A DNA stretch of 64,000 bases from an uncultured Clostridium sp. (GCA_947073285.1 CAMTJT010000009.1:355-64354); one strand, 5' to 3'; shown: positions 29,853 to 40,916, counted from the stretch's first letter. Translations and numbers: made by a program. The notes: a model not told the origin generated them from the letters alone.

Positions 29853-29906
29853 AAAGAAGAGGGAGTTTAAAAATAGTTAAAGAAATATGATATTTTCATA
29901 ACAATT

Positions 29907-30164
29907 ATGTTACAAGATGGAAGATTGTATAAAATTTTAACTACAAATGTAGTACTTTTAATATTGAAAGGAATTACCATTCAATTACTCATAAACGATG
30001 GAGGGATTTTTAGCCAAGTACAACGTTCAAAAGAGCAAACCAGAATAGGAGAATTACTAGATAAATTTAATGTGTTAGAAGCCACAGTAGCTTTAGAAAA
30101 GTTAGGCAAACAACAAAAGTTCAAAATGCAAGAAAAATCAATCATAGTACTTGCATTTTTGTAA
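29907..30164 (+). pseudogene. Degraded duplicate of the prepilin-like gene 5' region (lacks RBS, start and signal)
   Basis: 29949 onward, VVLLILKGITIQLLINDGGIFSQVQ, parallels 28303 onward, VVLLILAGITIQLLINDGGIFSQAQ. The ORF is short and has no credible start. Confidence 0.55.
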
Positions 30165-30201
30165 AAGTTATAGTAAACTTTTTTACAAGGAGTACAAAAA
30201 A

Positions 30202-30315
30202 ATGACAAAATTTTTAAATGAAAGAATAGAATATCTAAAAGCAAAAGCAATGATTAAAATTGCTATTTTAGCTATTGCATTACTATCTTCATTTGTAAAT
30301 ATAATTTTTATTTAA
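30202..30315 (+). CDS. Small single-TM protein, 37 aa (MTKFLNERIEYLKAKAMIKIAILAIALLSSFVNIIFI)
   Basis: RBS aaggag, with a hairpin plus T-run terminator directly after the stop. Confidence 0.45.
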   Translation: MTKFLNERIEYLKAKAMIKIAILAIALLSSFVNIIFI

Positions 30316-30316
30316 A

Positions 30317-30344
30317 GCACTAACAATATAGTTAGTGTTTTTTC
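30317..30344 (+). terminator. Rho-independent terminator (cactaac/gttagtg plus T7)
   Basis: Read directly. Confidence 0.7.
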
Positions 30345-30440
30345 TTATGTGAACATTTTCACAAAAAGATAAACAAAATAAATAAAAAGTGTCATTGTTT
30401 GTATAAAAAATTTAATAAAAATAAAAGGAGGAATTCTCAA

Positions 30441-31799
30441 ATGGAAGAGAACAAAATGACTTTAGATGTTAACGAAAAACCAGCAATCTGGAAATGGATT
30501 ATTTTAGCAATCCAACACGTATTTGCTATGTTTGGTGCTACTATATTAGTACCAATTTTAGTAAATAGCACAGCAGGTGCAGAGGTACTTACAATACCTG
30601 TAGCATTAGTAACATCAGGAATAGGAACATTACTTTATATTTTATGTACAAAAGGAAAATCACCAGTTTATTTAGGAAGTTCATTTGCTTTTATAGCACC
30701 ACTTGCAGCAGCATATATAAAAGGTGGAATTTCAGGAGCTATGACAGGTGTTATGGTAGTAGGTCTTATTTATGTCTTAGTTGCAACTATCATTCACTTT
30801 GTAGGAAAAAATTGGTTAAATAAATTATTACCACCAGTAGTAATTGGACCAATGATTATGATTATAGGGCTAGGTTTAGCACCAAGTGCAATTAGTCAAA
30901 TAGGCTTAACTTCTGGAATGGAATTTGAATGGAAGACTGTACTAGTTGCAGTAGTATCATTTTTAGTAACAGCAGTTGTTATGACAAAAGCAAAAGGATT
31001 TTTAAAAGTAATTCCATTTTTAGTAGGAATTATATCAGGATATGTGTTAGCAGTTATTTTAGGAATTGTGGATTTTGCACCAGTTATAGAAGCTAAGTTC
31101 TTTAGTATACCACAATTTGTAATCCCATTTGTAAATTATACACCAAACTTTAGTGCATTAATTACGATTGTACCAATTGCGTTAGTAACGCTATGTGAAC
31201 ATATAGGAGACCACACTTCTTTAAGTAATATTATTGGAAAAGACTTAATTAAAGATCCAGGACTAGATAGAACTATCTTAGGAGATGGTATAGCAACTTT
31301 TGTAGCAGGATTTATTGGAGGACCTGCAAATACTACTTATGGAGAAAATACATCAGTAGTAGGAATGACAAAAGTGGCATCTGTATGGGTAATAGGGTTA
31401 GCTGCAATTATTGCTATTATTATTGGCTTTTTAGGTAAATTTACAGCGTTAGTATCTACTATACCAAATGCAGTTCTAGGAGGAGTTTCCTTACTTTTAT
31501 ATGGATTTATTGCAGTAAATGGATTAAAAGTGTTGATTCATAATCAAGTAAATTTTGAAGAGCCTAAAAATGTAGTAGTAGGTGCATCAATGTTAGTTTT
31601 AGGACTAGGAGGAGCTGCTATATCAATTGTTAGCGGAGATTTATCAGTTACTATTTCGGGAATGAGTTTAGCAGCTGTTGTTGGTATTTTACTAAACTTA
31701 TGTATTCCTGCTAATAAAACATCAAAACAAATAGAAGAAGAGAAAAAGCAAAAAGAAACTAAAAAAGCAGAAAAAGCAAAAGAAAAAATGAAAGTATAA
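30441..31799 (+). CDS. Uracil/xanthine permease (NCS2 family)
   Basis: Multi-TM protein with an NCS2-like signature (GATILVP, EHIGDH). Start set to ATG 30441 after aaaggagg. upp lies immediately downstream. Confidence 0.88.
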   Translation: MEENKMTLDVNEKPAIWKWIILAIQHVFAMFGATILVPILVNSTAGAEVLTIPVALVTSGIGTLLYILCTKGKSPVYLGSSFAFIAPLAAAYIKGGISGAMTGVMVVGLIYVLVATIIHFVGKNWLNKLLPPVVIGPMIMIIGLGLAPSAISQIGLTSGMEFEWKTVLVAVVSFLVTAVVMTKAKGFLKVIPFLVGIISGYVLAVILGIVDFAPVIEAKFFSIPQFVIPFVNYTPNFSALITIVPIALVTLCEHIGDHTSLSNIIGKDLIKDPGLDRTILGDGIATFVAGFIGGPANTTYGENTSVVGMTKVASVWVIGLAAIIAIIIGFLGKFTALVSTIPNAVLGGVSLLLYGFIAVNGLKVLIHNQVNFEEPKNVVVGASMLVLGLGGAAISIVSGDLSVTISGMSLAAVVGILLNLCIPANKTSKQIEEEKKQKETKKAEKAKEKMKV

Positions 31800-31916
31800 T
31801 TTAAAAAGAAGGCTAAAGTATAGCAAATAAAATAAACGAAAAAATAGTGAGTTAGTAAAAGTGCTAACTAAAAAGTAAAATATGAGGAAGTTTAAAATAG
31901 AAAAGAGGAAAGACTT

Positions 31917-32543
31917 ATGAAAACAATAGAATTAAATCATCCACTTATTGAACATAAATTAGCAATCTTAAGAGATAAAAAAACAGGAACGAAAGAATTT
32001 AGAGAATTAATTTCTGAAATTGCTATGTTTTTATGTTATGAGGCAATGAAGGATGCTAAATTAGAAGAAACAGAAATTGAAACACCAATTACTAAAATGA
32101 AAACAGGAAAATTAAACGAGGATAAATATGCATTTGTCCCAATTTTAAGGGCAGGAACAGGAATGCTTGATGGTGTGATTAGAGTAGTTCCAAATGCTAA
32201 AATAGGGCATATTGGAATGTACAGAAATGAAGAAACTTTTAAGCCAGTTAACTATTTTTTAAAAGTGCCAAAAGATATTGAGAATAGAGAGGTAATTATA
32301 TTAGATCCAATGCTTGCAACAGGTGGCTCTGCCATTGATGCTATAGAAACATTAAAACAAAAGGGAGTTAAAAAGTTTAAATTCTTATCTATCATTGCAG
32401 CACCAGAAGGATTAAAAAAAGTAGAAGAAGCACACCCAGATGTACAAATTTATTGTGCACATATTGATAGCCATTTAAATGAAAACAAATATATTGTTCC
32501 AGGGTTAGGAGATGCAGGAGACAGAATTTTTGGAACAAAATAA
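31917..32543 (+). CDS. upp: Uracil phosphoribosyltransferase
   Basis: [27 protein letters not shown]. Confidence 0.95.
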   Translation: MKTIELNHPLIEHKLAILRDKKTGTKEFRELISEIAMFLCYEAMKDAKLEETEIETPITKMKTGKLNEDKYAFVPILRAGTGMLDGVIRVVPNAKIGHIGMYRNEETFKPVNYFLKVPKDIENREVIILDPMLATGGSAIDAIETLKQKGVKKFKFLSIIAAPEGLKKVEEAHPDVQIYCAHIDSHLNENKYIVPGLGDAGDRIFGTK

Positions 32544-32565
32544 ATTGTTGAAATTAAAACCCCTA

Positions 32566-32594
32566 AAAGGCACACGAAATTTTCGTGTGCCTTT
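32566..32594 (+). terminator. Terminator-like palindrome aaaggcacacgaaa/tttcgtgtgccttt
   Basis: Read directly after the upp stop. Confidence 0.6.
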
Positions 32595-32815
32595 AGTTGT
32601 AGATAAACTTCTGGCTGTGCCAGTAGTATTATTTCACACATAAAAAACAGTTTCATAATCTACTTGACAGAACACAAACAATTAATTTATACTAAAGGAA
32701 ACAAAAGTGAAATAGCTTATCATATAAAATCTTTAAAAGAAAATGGAGTAATAGAAAGAATAGGTTCTACCAAAAAAGGAACTTGGAAAATAAAAAATAG
32801 AAAGGAATAGAAAAA

Positions 32816-33634
32816 ATGAAAATTACAAAAATAGAAGCATTAGAAAATATAGCAAAAGAAATAAGAAGAGGAGTGATAGAACAAGTCTATGAGGCAAGTT
32901 CAGGGCATCCAGGAGGCTCACTTTCATGTGCAGATATTTTAGCAGTACTATATTTTAATCAAATGAATATAGACCCTAAAAAACCAGATGTAAAAGAAAG
33001 AGATAGATTTGTGTTATCCAAAGGACATTGCTCACCAGCATTATATGCTACATTAGCTAGAAAAGGGTATTTTGACAAAGAATTACTAAAAGGATTTCGT
33101 AAAGTAGAAAGTACTTTACAAGGGCATCCAGATATGAAAAAAGTGCCAGGAGTAGATATGACAACAGGTTCATTAGGGCAAGGCTTATCAGCAGCAGTTG
33201 GAATGGCAATAGGTTCTAAACTAGATAGTGCAGGTTGCAGAGTATATTGCTTAGTAGGAGATGGAGAAATAGAAGAAGGGCAAATTTGGGAAGCAGCAAT
33301 GTCAGCAAGCAAAAATCAATTAGATAATTTATGTGTGATTATAGACCATAATGGTTTACAAATAGATGGAAAAGTAGAAGAAGTAGCAGGATTAATAGAT
33401 ATTAAAGAAAAGTTTGAAAGTTTTGGTTTTAATGTAGTTACAGTAGATGGTCATAATATAGAAGCTCTAATTCATGCTTTTGATAGTTGCAAACATCAAA
33501 AAGGAATGCCAAGTGCTATTATAGCAAATACAATTAAAGGAAAAGGTGTATCTTTTATGGAAAATGAGGCTATCTGGCATGGAAAAGCACCTAATAAAGA
33601 ACAATATAACCAAGCAATAAGAGAATTGGCATAA
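32816..33634 (+). CDS. Transketolase, N-terminal subunit
   Basis: SGHPGGSLS, GDGEIEEGQIWEA. Two-gene split form. Confidence 0.9.
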   Translation: MKITKIEALENIAKEIRRGVIEQVYEASSGHPGGSLSCADILAVLYFNQMNIDPKKPDVKERDRFVLSKGHCSPALYATLARKGYFDKELLKGFRKVESTLQGHPDMKKVPGVDMTTGSLGQGLSAAVGMAIGSKLDSAGCRVYCLVGDGEIEEGQIWEAAMSASKNQLDNLCVIIDHNGLQIDGKVEEVAGLIDIKEKFESFGFNVVTVDGHNIEALIHAFDSCKHQKGMPSAIIANTIKGKGVSFMENEAIWHGKAPNKEQYNQAIRELA

Positions 33635-33782
33635 AAAAGAGAAATTAATTGTAACAAAATTATTATTTTAGTTATTATAAAACATAATAAAAGCTTAGAA
33701 TAAAAATTAAGTGATAATGGTAGAAATTTAGAAGAAGGGAGAAGATACTAGCATAAAAAATAGCTGGTATCTACTAAAAAAT

Positions 33783-34712
33783 ATGAAACAAGAAAATATA
33801 GCAACCAGACAAAGTTACGGAGAAGCTTTAGTAAAATTAGGAGAAGAAAATGAAGAAGTTGTAGTACTAGATGCAGACCTTTCTAGTGCAACTAAAACAA
33901 ATCTATTTGCAAAACAATTTCCAGAAAGATTTAAAAATGTAGGAATTGCAGAGCAAAACTTAATGGGAATAGGAGCAGGTCTTGCTGCTTATGGTAAAAT
34001 TCCATTTGTTAGTACATTTGCAGTTTTTGCTGCAGGAAGAGCCTATGATCAAATACGTAATAGTATTTGTTATCCAAAATTAAATGTTAAAATATGTGCA
34101 ACACATAGTGGTATTACAGTTGGAGAAGATGGAGCAACACATCAAATGTTAGAAGATTTAAGTTTAATGAGAACACTTCCTAATATGCAAGTTATTTCTC
34201 CATCTGATGATATACAAACAAAATGGGTAATACAAGAAATTGCAAAAGAGAAAGGTCCAACTTATGTAAGGCTTGCAAGACTTGAAACACCAGTTATCTA
34301 TGAAAAAGAGCAAACTTTTGAAATTGGAAAAGGGGTTCAGCATGGTGAAGGAACAGATGCAACTATTTTTGCAACAGGTGTTACAGTAGCAGAGGCATTA
34401 AAAGCAAAAGAAGAATTAGAAAAAGAAGGATTTCAAATACGTGTAGTAGATATGTTTACTATTAAGCCAATAGATAGAGAAATAATTGTAAAATGTGCAA
34501 AAGAAACTAAAAGATTAATTACAATAGAAGATCATAGCATTATTGGAGGTCTAGGAAGTAGTATTTGTGAAGTTTTAGCAGAAGAATATCCATGTTATGT
34601 TGAAAGAATGGGTATTCAAGATAGATTTGGAAAATCTGGTAAAGCACAGCAATTACTAAAATACTTTAAAATTGATAGCACTGCTATTGTAAACAAGTTT
34701 AAAAATTTATAA
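33783..34712 (+). CDS. Transketolase, C-terminal subunit
   Basis: GIAEQNLMGIGAGLA, GEDGATHQ. Confidence 0.9.
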   Translation: MKQENIATRQSYGEALVKLGEENEEVVVLDADLSSATKTNLFAKQFPERFKNVGIAEQNLMGIGAGLAAYGKIPFVSTFAVFAAGRAYDQIRNSICYPKLNVKICATHSGITVGEDGATHQMLEDLSLMRTLPNMQVISPSDDIQTKWVIQEIAKEKGPTYVRLARLETPVIYEKEQTFEIGKGVQHGEGTDATIFATGVTVAEALKAKEELEKEGFQIRVVDMFTIKPIDREIIVKCAKETKRLITIEDHSIIGGLGSSICEVLAEEYPCYVERMGIQDRFGKSGKAQQLLKYFKIDSTAIVNKFKNL

Positions 34713-35018
34713 TTTAGAAAATGTATTAAAATAAGAAGGTAGTTTATAGTAAAGAAAAATAATTGTAAATTTTTTGTGAACTCACAAAATTAAGAAATAA
34801 AAAGAAAAGCAGAATATTTGCTAAACAAAAAGCAAAAATATTCTGCTTTTTTCCAAAAAAAACTATTGCAAAGAAAGTTATTTATTGTTATGATTAAATA
34901 GTAAAAGTAAAAAAGTGTCACAAATAGGCAGAAAATTTACAATAATTAAGAAAAAACAAAGCCAAAATGTTGTATTTAAGCTGTCAGAGTGTGGCAACAA
35001 ATGAGGAGTTACAAAAAA

Positions 35019-35705
35019 ATGATAGAATTTAGAAATGTCAGTAAAACTTATGATACTGGCACAGAAGCTGTACATAATGCAAATTTTACAATTGACAAAG
35101 GAGAATTTGCCTTCCTAGTAGGAAGTTCAGGTTCAGGAAAATCAACTCTTATCAAACTTATTCTAAAAGAAGAAGAACCAACTTCAGGAACCATTATTAT
35201 CAATGGAAAAGATACTACTTTTCTAAAACAAAAAAGAGTTCCATTTTTAAGAAGAAGTATGGGAGTAGTATTTCAAGACTTTAGACTTTTACCAGATAGA
35301 ACAGTTTATGATAATGTTGCTTATGCGATGTATATTGTAAGGTCAACACCAAGGCATATTAGAAGGCAAGTTCCTATGGTGTTATCTTTAGTAGGCTTAA
35401 GTAATAAAGCAAAAATGTATCCAAATGAATTATCAGGTGGAGAACAACAAAGGGTAGCTTTAGCAAGAGCATTGGTAAACAATCCTTCTATGCTAATTGC
35501 AGATGAGCCTACAGGAAACCTAGACCCAGAAACTGCATGGGATATTATGACACTTTTAAATGATATTAATAATAGAGGTACAACAGTAGTAGTAGCGACA
35601 CACGCAAAAGATATTGTAGATAAAATGAAAAAAAGAGTTATACAAATAGAAGAAGGCAATATCATAAGAGATGATAAAAAAGGTGGGTATGACAGTGAGG
35701 TATAG
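35019..35705 (+). CDS. ftsE: Cell division ATP-binding protein FtsE
   Basis: MIEFRNVSKTY, GSSGSGKST, LSGGEQQR. Start moved to ATG 35019 after gaggag. Confidence 0.92.
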   Translation: MIEFRNVSKTYDTGTEAVHNANFTIDKGEFAFLVGSSGSGKSTLIKLILKEEEPTSGTIIINGKDTTFLKQKRVPFLRRSMGVVFQDFRLLPDRTVYDNVAYAMYIVRSTPRHIRRQVPMVLSLVGLSNKAKMYPNELSGGEQQRVALARALVNNPSMLIADEPTGNLDPETAWDIMTLLNDINNRGTTVVVATHAKDIVDKMKKRVIQIEEGNIIRDDKKGGYDSEV

Positions 35706-36597
35706 TATTTTTGGTTATTTAATAGGCGAAGGTTTTAGAAATGTATTTAAAAACAAAAAATCAACAATGGCATCTTTTGTTATTATGTGTGCAACTATGT
35801 TTGTATTTGGTTTATTCTTTATTTTAGGTGAAAATGTAAATTATATTGCCAAAACAGTAGAAGAACAACAAGGAATGGAAGTATTTATCAAAGATGAGGC
35901 TACTGAGGCACAAGTTACAGAACTAGGCAACAAAATACGTGGCTTAAGCTATGTAAATACAGTTACCCATAAAACAAAAGAGCAAGCACTAGAACAAGTA
36001 AAATCATGGTTTAAAGAAAGAAAAGCATTACTTTCTACCTATGAAGGAGAAAACAATCCATTTAAAGCATCTTATGTAGTAACACTAACAGATCTTACAA
36101 AATCTGAAGAAGTACAAGCACAAATTAATACCTCAGAAATAGTGTCTTCTATAGAATCAAAACCAGATACCATAAGAGCATTAATCAAAATAACAGATGG
36201 TATTAAAATTATTTCTGGTGTAATTATAGTTATTTTAATATTTATTTCAATTTTCATTATTACAAATACTATTAAACTAACAGTACATGCTAGAAGAAAA
36301 GAAATATCTATTATGAAATATGTAGGAGCAACAAATGGGTTTATCCGTTGGCCATTTATGGTAGAGGGTATGCTTATAGGACTTATATCAGTACTAATTT
36401 CTATGGGAATTTTAGGGTTATGCTATAATACCATAGCAGATAAAATTAATGTTACTTTAATTAGTGAAAAAATAGGTACAGCATTACTTACCTTTAATGA
36501 CATGTTTAGTTCTTTACTAATTGTATATTTAGTTCTTGGTATTGGAATTGGAGCAGTTGGTAGTGCAATATCTATGAAAAAATACTTACAAGTTTAA
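35689..36597 (+). CDS. ftsX: Cell division permease FtsX
   Basis: GEGFRNVFKNKKS, then four TM segments and an extracellular loop domain. Overlaps the ftsE stop. The start could also be 35671. Confidence 0.85.
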   Translation: MTVRYSIFGYLIGEGFRNVFKNKKSTMASFVIMCATMFVFGLFFILGENVNYIAKTVEEQQGMEVFIKDEATEAQVTELGNKIRGLSYVNTVTHKTKEQALEQVKSWFKERKALLSTYEGENNPFKASYVVTLTDLTKSEEVQAQINTSEIVSSIESKPDTIRALIKITDGIKIISGVIIVILIFISIFIITNTIKLTVHARRKEISIMKYVGATNGFIRWPFMVEGMLIGLISVLISMGILGLCYNTIADKINVTLISEKIGTALLTFNDMFSSLLIVYLVLGIGIGAVGSAISMKKYLQV

Positions 36598-36686
36598 TTT
36601 TGAAATCTAATTGTTATTTGGAGCTCTTATATAACAATGATATTTCAAAATTATCCATGTACAAAGTGATAAAAAAGGAGTTACAT

Positions 36687-37868
36687 ATGAAAAGAAAAAT
36701 AATATCAGTTCTATTAGCATTATGTATGGTAATGACTATACTTATTCCAGTGGCTAAAGCAAGTTTAGAAAGTGATAAAAAAGATTTACAAAATAAAGTA
36801 GATGAAGCAAAAGATCAAAAAGATCAAGTATCCTCAGAAAAAAAAGATACTATGTCAGAAATTTCAGATTTAGAAGAATCTATTGCAAAATATGAAGTAG
36901 AATTACAAAAACTAAATGCAGAAATTTCAGAATTAGAAGAAACCATTGAAAGTCAAACACAAGAAATAGAAGAATTACAAAAAGAATATGATAGAATGCA
37001 ACAATTATTAACAGACAGATTAGTAGCAATTTATGAAGAAGGGCAACCTACTTTCTTAGATATTTTACTATCTTCTAATAGTATTTCAGATTATATCTCA
37101 GGAACTACTATGATAGAACAATTAGCAGAAGCTGATAACAAACAAATGGATGAGGTAGAAGAACAAAGAAAAGCAGTAGAAAAAGCTAAAAGAGAAATGG
37201 AAGAAAAGAAAACAAAATTAGATACTGCTAAAAAATCAGCAGATGCAAAGCAAAAACAATTAAGAGTAATGAAAACTTCTAAAGAAACAAAAGTAGCAAA
37301 CTTAACAGCAGAAGAAAAGAAAATTCAAAAACAAATAGAAGCATACCAAGCAGATATTATAGCAATAGAAAAGAAAATTAGAGAAGAGGCACAAAATGCA
37401 AGTGGTGTATATAATGGTAGCTTTTCTGGAACTTTAGGATGGCCAATTTCTTCAAGTTCAAGAAACTATAATATTGTTAGTTCAAAGTTTGGCCCTAGAA
37501 AATCACCAGTAGCAGGTGCAAGTTCAAACCATAGAGGAATAGATATACCAGTATCTACAGGAACACCAGTATATGCAGCAGCAGATGGCTATGTTGTAAG
37601 TGTACAACATACTAGTGCAAGAGGTAAATTTGTATTAGTAAAACATGCAGATGATTTATATACTAGATATCAACATTTAAATAGTAGTGCAGTTTCAACA
37701 GGGCAATATGTAAAAAGAGCCCAAGTAATTGCGTATAGTGGTAGTACAGGTATTGGTTCAGGACCCCATTTACATTTTGAAGTACTTAGAACACCATATT
37801 ATATGACTGAAATAGATCCACTTAATTGTGGTTTAGTAAGTAAACCATCTAATTTGGTTATTTGGTAA
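36687..37868 (+). CDS. Coiled-coil M23 peptidase (EnvC/PcsB-like, likely FtsEX partner)
   Basis: Signal peptide, a long coiled coil, and an M23 domain (HRGIDI, GPHLHFEV). Start set to ATG 36687. Confidence 0.85.
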   Translation: MKRKIISVLLALCMVMTILIPVAKASLESDKKDLQNKVDEAKDQKDQVSSEKKDTMSEISDLEESIAKYEVELQKLNAEISELEETIESQTQEIEELQKEYDRMQQLLTDRLVAIYEEGQPTFLDILLSSNSISDYISGTTMIEQLAEADNKQMDEVEEQRKAVEKAKREMEEKKTKLDTAKKSADAKQKQLRVMKTSKETKVANLTAEEKKIQKQIEAYQADIIAIEKKIREEAQNASGVYNGSFSGTLGWPISSSSRNYNIVSSKFGPRKSPVAGASSNHRGIDIPVSTGTPVYAAADGYVVSVQHTSARGKFVLVKHADDLYTRYQHLNSSAVSTGQYVKRAQVIAYSGSTGIGSGPHLHFEVLRTPYYMTEIDPLNCGLVSKPSNLVIW

Positions 37869-38095
37869 TATGTTTTTTAAAATTTCAAAATTTTGAAAAT
37901 GGCAATAAGATAGTTTGAAGAAAAACGGTAACTTTAGGAGGAAAAACTATAAAAAAATATATACTATTAGAAATTTGTATATAAAAAAGTATAGAATATT
38001 TATATATTAGTATAAAAATTTAAAATAATACTATGAAGTTAAGAGACTTTGTGATATAATAATAAAATATAATGTAAAAAAGGAGGGGGAATACA

Positions 38096-39331
38096 ATGAA
38101 CAAACGAAAAATTCTAAGTATTCTCCTTGTTGTTATTTTATTATCTGGAATTTCAATTTCTTCATTTGCTAGTAATGAAGTTTTAAATAATCAAACACCA
38201 AACAATGAACAAAGTGGTAATCATGAAAATAATCAAAATAATGCCATAAGTAGTAGTTTAGATGTATTAAATCAGCAAAAAGAAGATTCAGAAGCAAGCT
38301 TAGATAGGGTTAGTAAGCAATTAGAATATGTACAAACTGAAATGTCTTCTATGCTATTAGAAGTGCAAAAATTAAATGACGAAATAGCACAATATGAGAC
38401 ACAAAATAAAGAAATGGAAGCTAAAATAAAAAACTTAGAAACATCTATTGAAGAAACAACACAAAACTTAGAAATTGTAACCAGAGAATATAATCAACGA
38501 GAAGAACAATTAAAAAATAGATTAGTAGCTTTATATGAGGCAGGTAATATTTCTTATTTGGATGTTTTATTAACTGCAACTAGTTTATCTGACTTTTTGT
38601 CTATTTACTATGCTATGACTGAAATTGCAGAATATGATAATAGTTTAATTGATAAAGTAGATGCACAAAGAAAACAAATAGATGGGATGAAAACAAAACT
38701 AGAAGAAGAAACAATAGAAATGAAAGCAATAAAGGCAAAATCAGAACAAGCAGGAATTGTTTTAGCCAATAAAAAAACATTACAAGAAGGGTATATGGCA
38801 CAATTATCAGATAAAGAGCAAAAACTAAGTGCACGATTACAAGAATATAAAGAAGAAACAGCAAGAATAGAAAATATTATTACACAAATTAGTATGACAC
38901 AGCAAGAGTTTGAAATTCAATATACAGGTGGTATCATGATTTGGCCAGTAGCTATTTCTGGTACAGGAATTACTTCATATTATGGTACAAGAGAACACCC
39001 AATTGATGGAATTGTTAGATTTCATCAAGGCTTAGACATTGGAAATACAGGTTTTGGTGCGCCAGCAGTAGCAGCATTAGATGGTATAGTTACTTATTCT
39101 GGGTGGTTAGGCTCATATGGTAATTGTGTGATGATATATCATGGAAATGGAATTACTACTTTATATGCACATGGTCAAAGAGTAGTAGCAGAATATGGTC
39201 AAACTGTAAAACAAGGGGATGTGGTACTAGAAACAGGAAGTACAGGAAATTCAACAGGTCCACATTTACACTTTGAAGTAAGAGTAAATGGTACTACAGT
39301 AAACCCATTAAATTATGTAAGAATACCATAA
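38096..39331 (+). CDS. Second coiled-coil M23 peptidase
   Basis: Same architecture (HQGLDI, GPHLHFEV). Confidence 0.85.
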   Translation: MNKRKILSILLVVILLSGISISSFASNEVLNNQTPNNEQSGNHENNQNNAISSSLDVLNQQKEDSEASLDRVSKQLEYVQTEMSSMLLEVQKLNDEIAQYETQNKEMEAKIKNLETSIEETTQNLEIVTREYNQREEQLKNRLVALYEAGNISYLDVLLTATSLSDFLSIYYAMTEIAEYDNSLIDKVDAQRKQIDGMKTKLEEETIEMKAIKAKSEQAGIVLANKKTLQEGYMAQLSDKEQKLSARLQEYKEETARIENIITQISMTQQEFEIQYTGGIMIWPVAISGTGITSYYGTREHPIDGIVRFHQGLDIGNTGFGAPAVAALDGIVTYSGWLGSYGNCVMIYHGNGITTLYAHGQRVVAEYGQTVKQGDVVLETGSTGNSTGPHLHFEVRVNGTTVNPLNYVRIP

Positions 39332-39651
39332 CAAGATATAAAATGGGTAAGATAGTAAGATTTATCTTGAACTAGAAAACAAATAGAAGAACAAAATTGA
39401 AATAGTTTTTAGGCGAAGCCAAAAAAGTATAAGGCTCGCCTCTTCTAATGCAAAATAGTGAAGTTCTAGAATTGTTTTAGCATAAAAAAATAAAAATGTA
39501 ATAAAATTAAAAGATTATGCTAAAAACAATTAGCCAAAGAATGAATCTAATGAAAAAGGTATATAATTTGTATTAAATTATAGGTAATTAACTACAGTAC
39601 AATACAAGTTAAAAAATATAATGTTAGTGAGAAGAAAGGAATAATTGTAAA

Positions 39652-40869
39652 ATGGAAAAAGGTAATGGACAAAGAATATATAAATGGGCGATGCTTACTT
39701 TAATTATTGTAATTTTAACTTCTTTAATTACTGCTTTTGCAACATACCAATATTTAAATACAGAAGGGAAAGCTAGTTTTAGTAAAGAGCCTACTACGTT
39801 AAATGGGCTAGAATATACATTATCTAAATTTAGAAGTGAATTTGAAAAAAAGTATATAGGAGAAATTAATGATGAAGACTTAATTAATGGAGCTATCAAA
39901 GGTTATGTTGCAGCACTTGGTGATCCATATACTTGTTATTATACGAAGGACGAAATGGATGAAATTATGGAAGAAACAAATGGAAATTATGTAGGTATTG
40001 GCATTTATATGACATTAGATAGAGAAAAAAATGCTATTACTATCATTAAACCAATGGAAGATTCACCAGCAGAAAAAGCAGGGTTATTACCAGGAGATAT
40101 TATTACTAAGGTAGATGGGCAAGGTTATTCTGGAAGTGAAATGGATGAAGCATCTAATAGAATTAAAGGGGAATCTGGTACAAAAGTAACTTTAGAAATT
40201 TTACGTGGTACAGAAACAAAAACTTTTGAAATAACAAGAAAAAAAGTATTAATTAGTCATATTGAAACAAAAATATTACAAAATAATATTGGCTATATTG
40301 CAATTTCAGATTTTGATGGAGGATGTGCCGAAGAATTTAAAAGAAAATATGAAGAATTAGCCAAAAAAGGAATTAACAAATTAATTATAGATATTCGTAA
40401 TAATGGTGGAGGAATTGTAGATGAAGCTATTGATATAGCAGATTTAATAACAGAAAAAAATGCTACTTTACTAATCACTAAAGATAAAGAAAATGAAGAA
40501 GAAATTACAAGAGCAAAAAGTAATCCAATTATCAAAATGCCAGTTGTAATATTAACAAATGGATATTCTGCAAGTGCATCAGAAATTTTAGCAGGAGCAT
40601 TAAAAGATAATGAAAAAGCTACTTTGGTTGGAACAACAACTTATGGAAAGGGTGTTATTCAAGAATTACGTAGATTATCAGATGGAAGTGGTTTGAAAAT
40701 TACAACAAATGAGTATTTTACTCCAAAACACAGTACAATTAATAAAACAGGAATTAAGCCGGATGTAGAAATAGACTTATCTGATGAAGCAAAAGCAAAA
40801 TTGCAGTTAACAGAGGAAGAAGATACACAATTACAAAAAGCAATAGAAGTATTAAAATCAAAAAATTAA
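39652..40869 (+). CDS. S41 carboxy-terminal processing protease (CtpA-like) with a PDZ domain
   Basis: PDZ domain (PAEKAGLLPGDIITKVDG), S41 core (GYSASASEILAGALKD, TYGKG). Confidence 0.88.
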   Translation: MEKGNGQRIYKWAMLTLIIVILTSLITAFATYQYLNTEGKASFSKEPTTLNGLEYTLSKFRSEFEKKYIGEINDEDLINGAIKGYVAALGDPYTCYYTKDEMDEIMEETNGNYVGIGIYMTLDREKNAITIIKPMEDSPAEKAGLLPGDIITKVDGQGYSGSEMDEASNRIKGESGTKVTLEILRGTETKTFEITRKKVLISHIETKILQNNIGYIAISDFDGGCAEEFKRKYEELAKKGINKLIIDIRNNGGGIVDEAIDIADLITEKNATLLITKDKENEEEITRAKSNPIIKMPVVILTNGYSASASEILAGALKDNEKATLVGTTTYGKGVIQELRRLSDGSGLKITTNEYFTPKHSTINKTGIKPDVEIDLSDEAKAKLQLTEEEDTQLQKAIEVLKSKN

Positions 40870-40878
40870 AAAATGAAG

Positions 40879-40916
40879 AACTTTGATAAGTGGGAATACT
40901 TATCAAAGTTTTTTAT
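40879..40916 (+). terminator. Rho-independent terminator (aactttgataagt/acttatcaaagtt plus T6)
   Basis: Read directly. Confidence 0.8.

Noticed and set aside
32816-34712. Transketolase split into two ORFs as a possible frameshift or pseudogene
   Set aside because: The two halves are separated by about 150 bp and each has its own RBS. This matches the well-known two-subunit transketolase of many anaerobic Firmicutes, and no CGG or frame break is involved.
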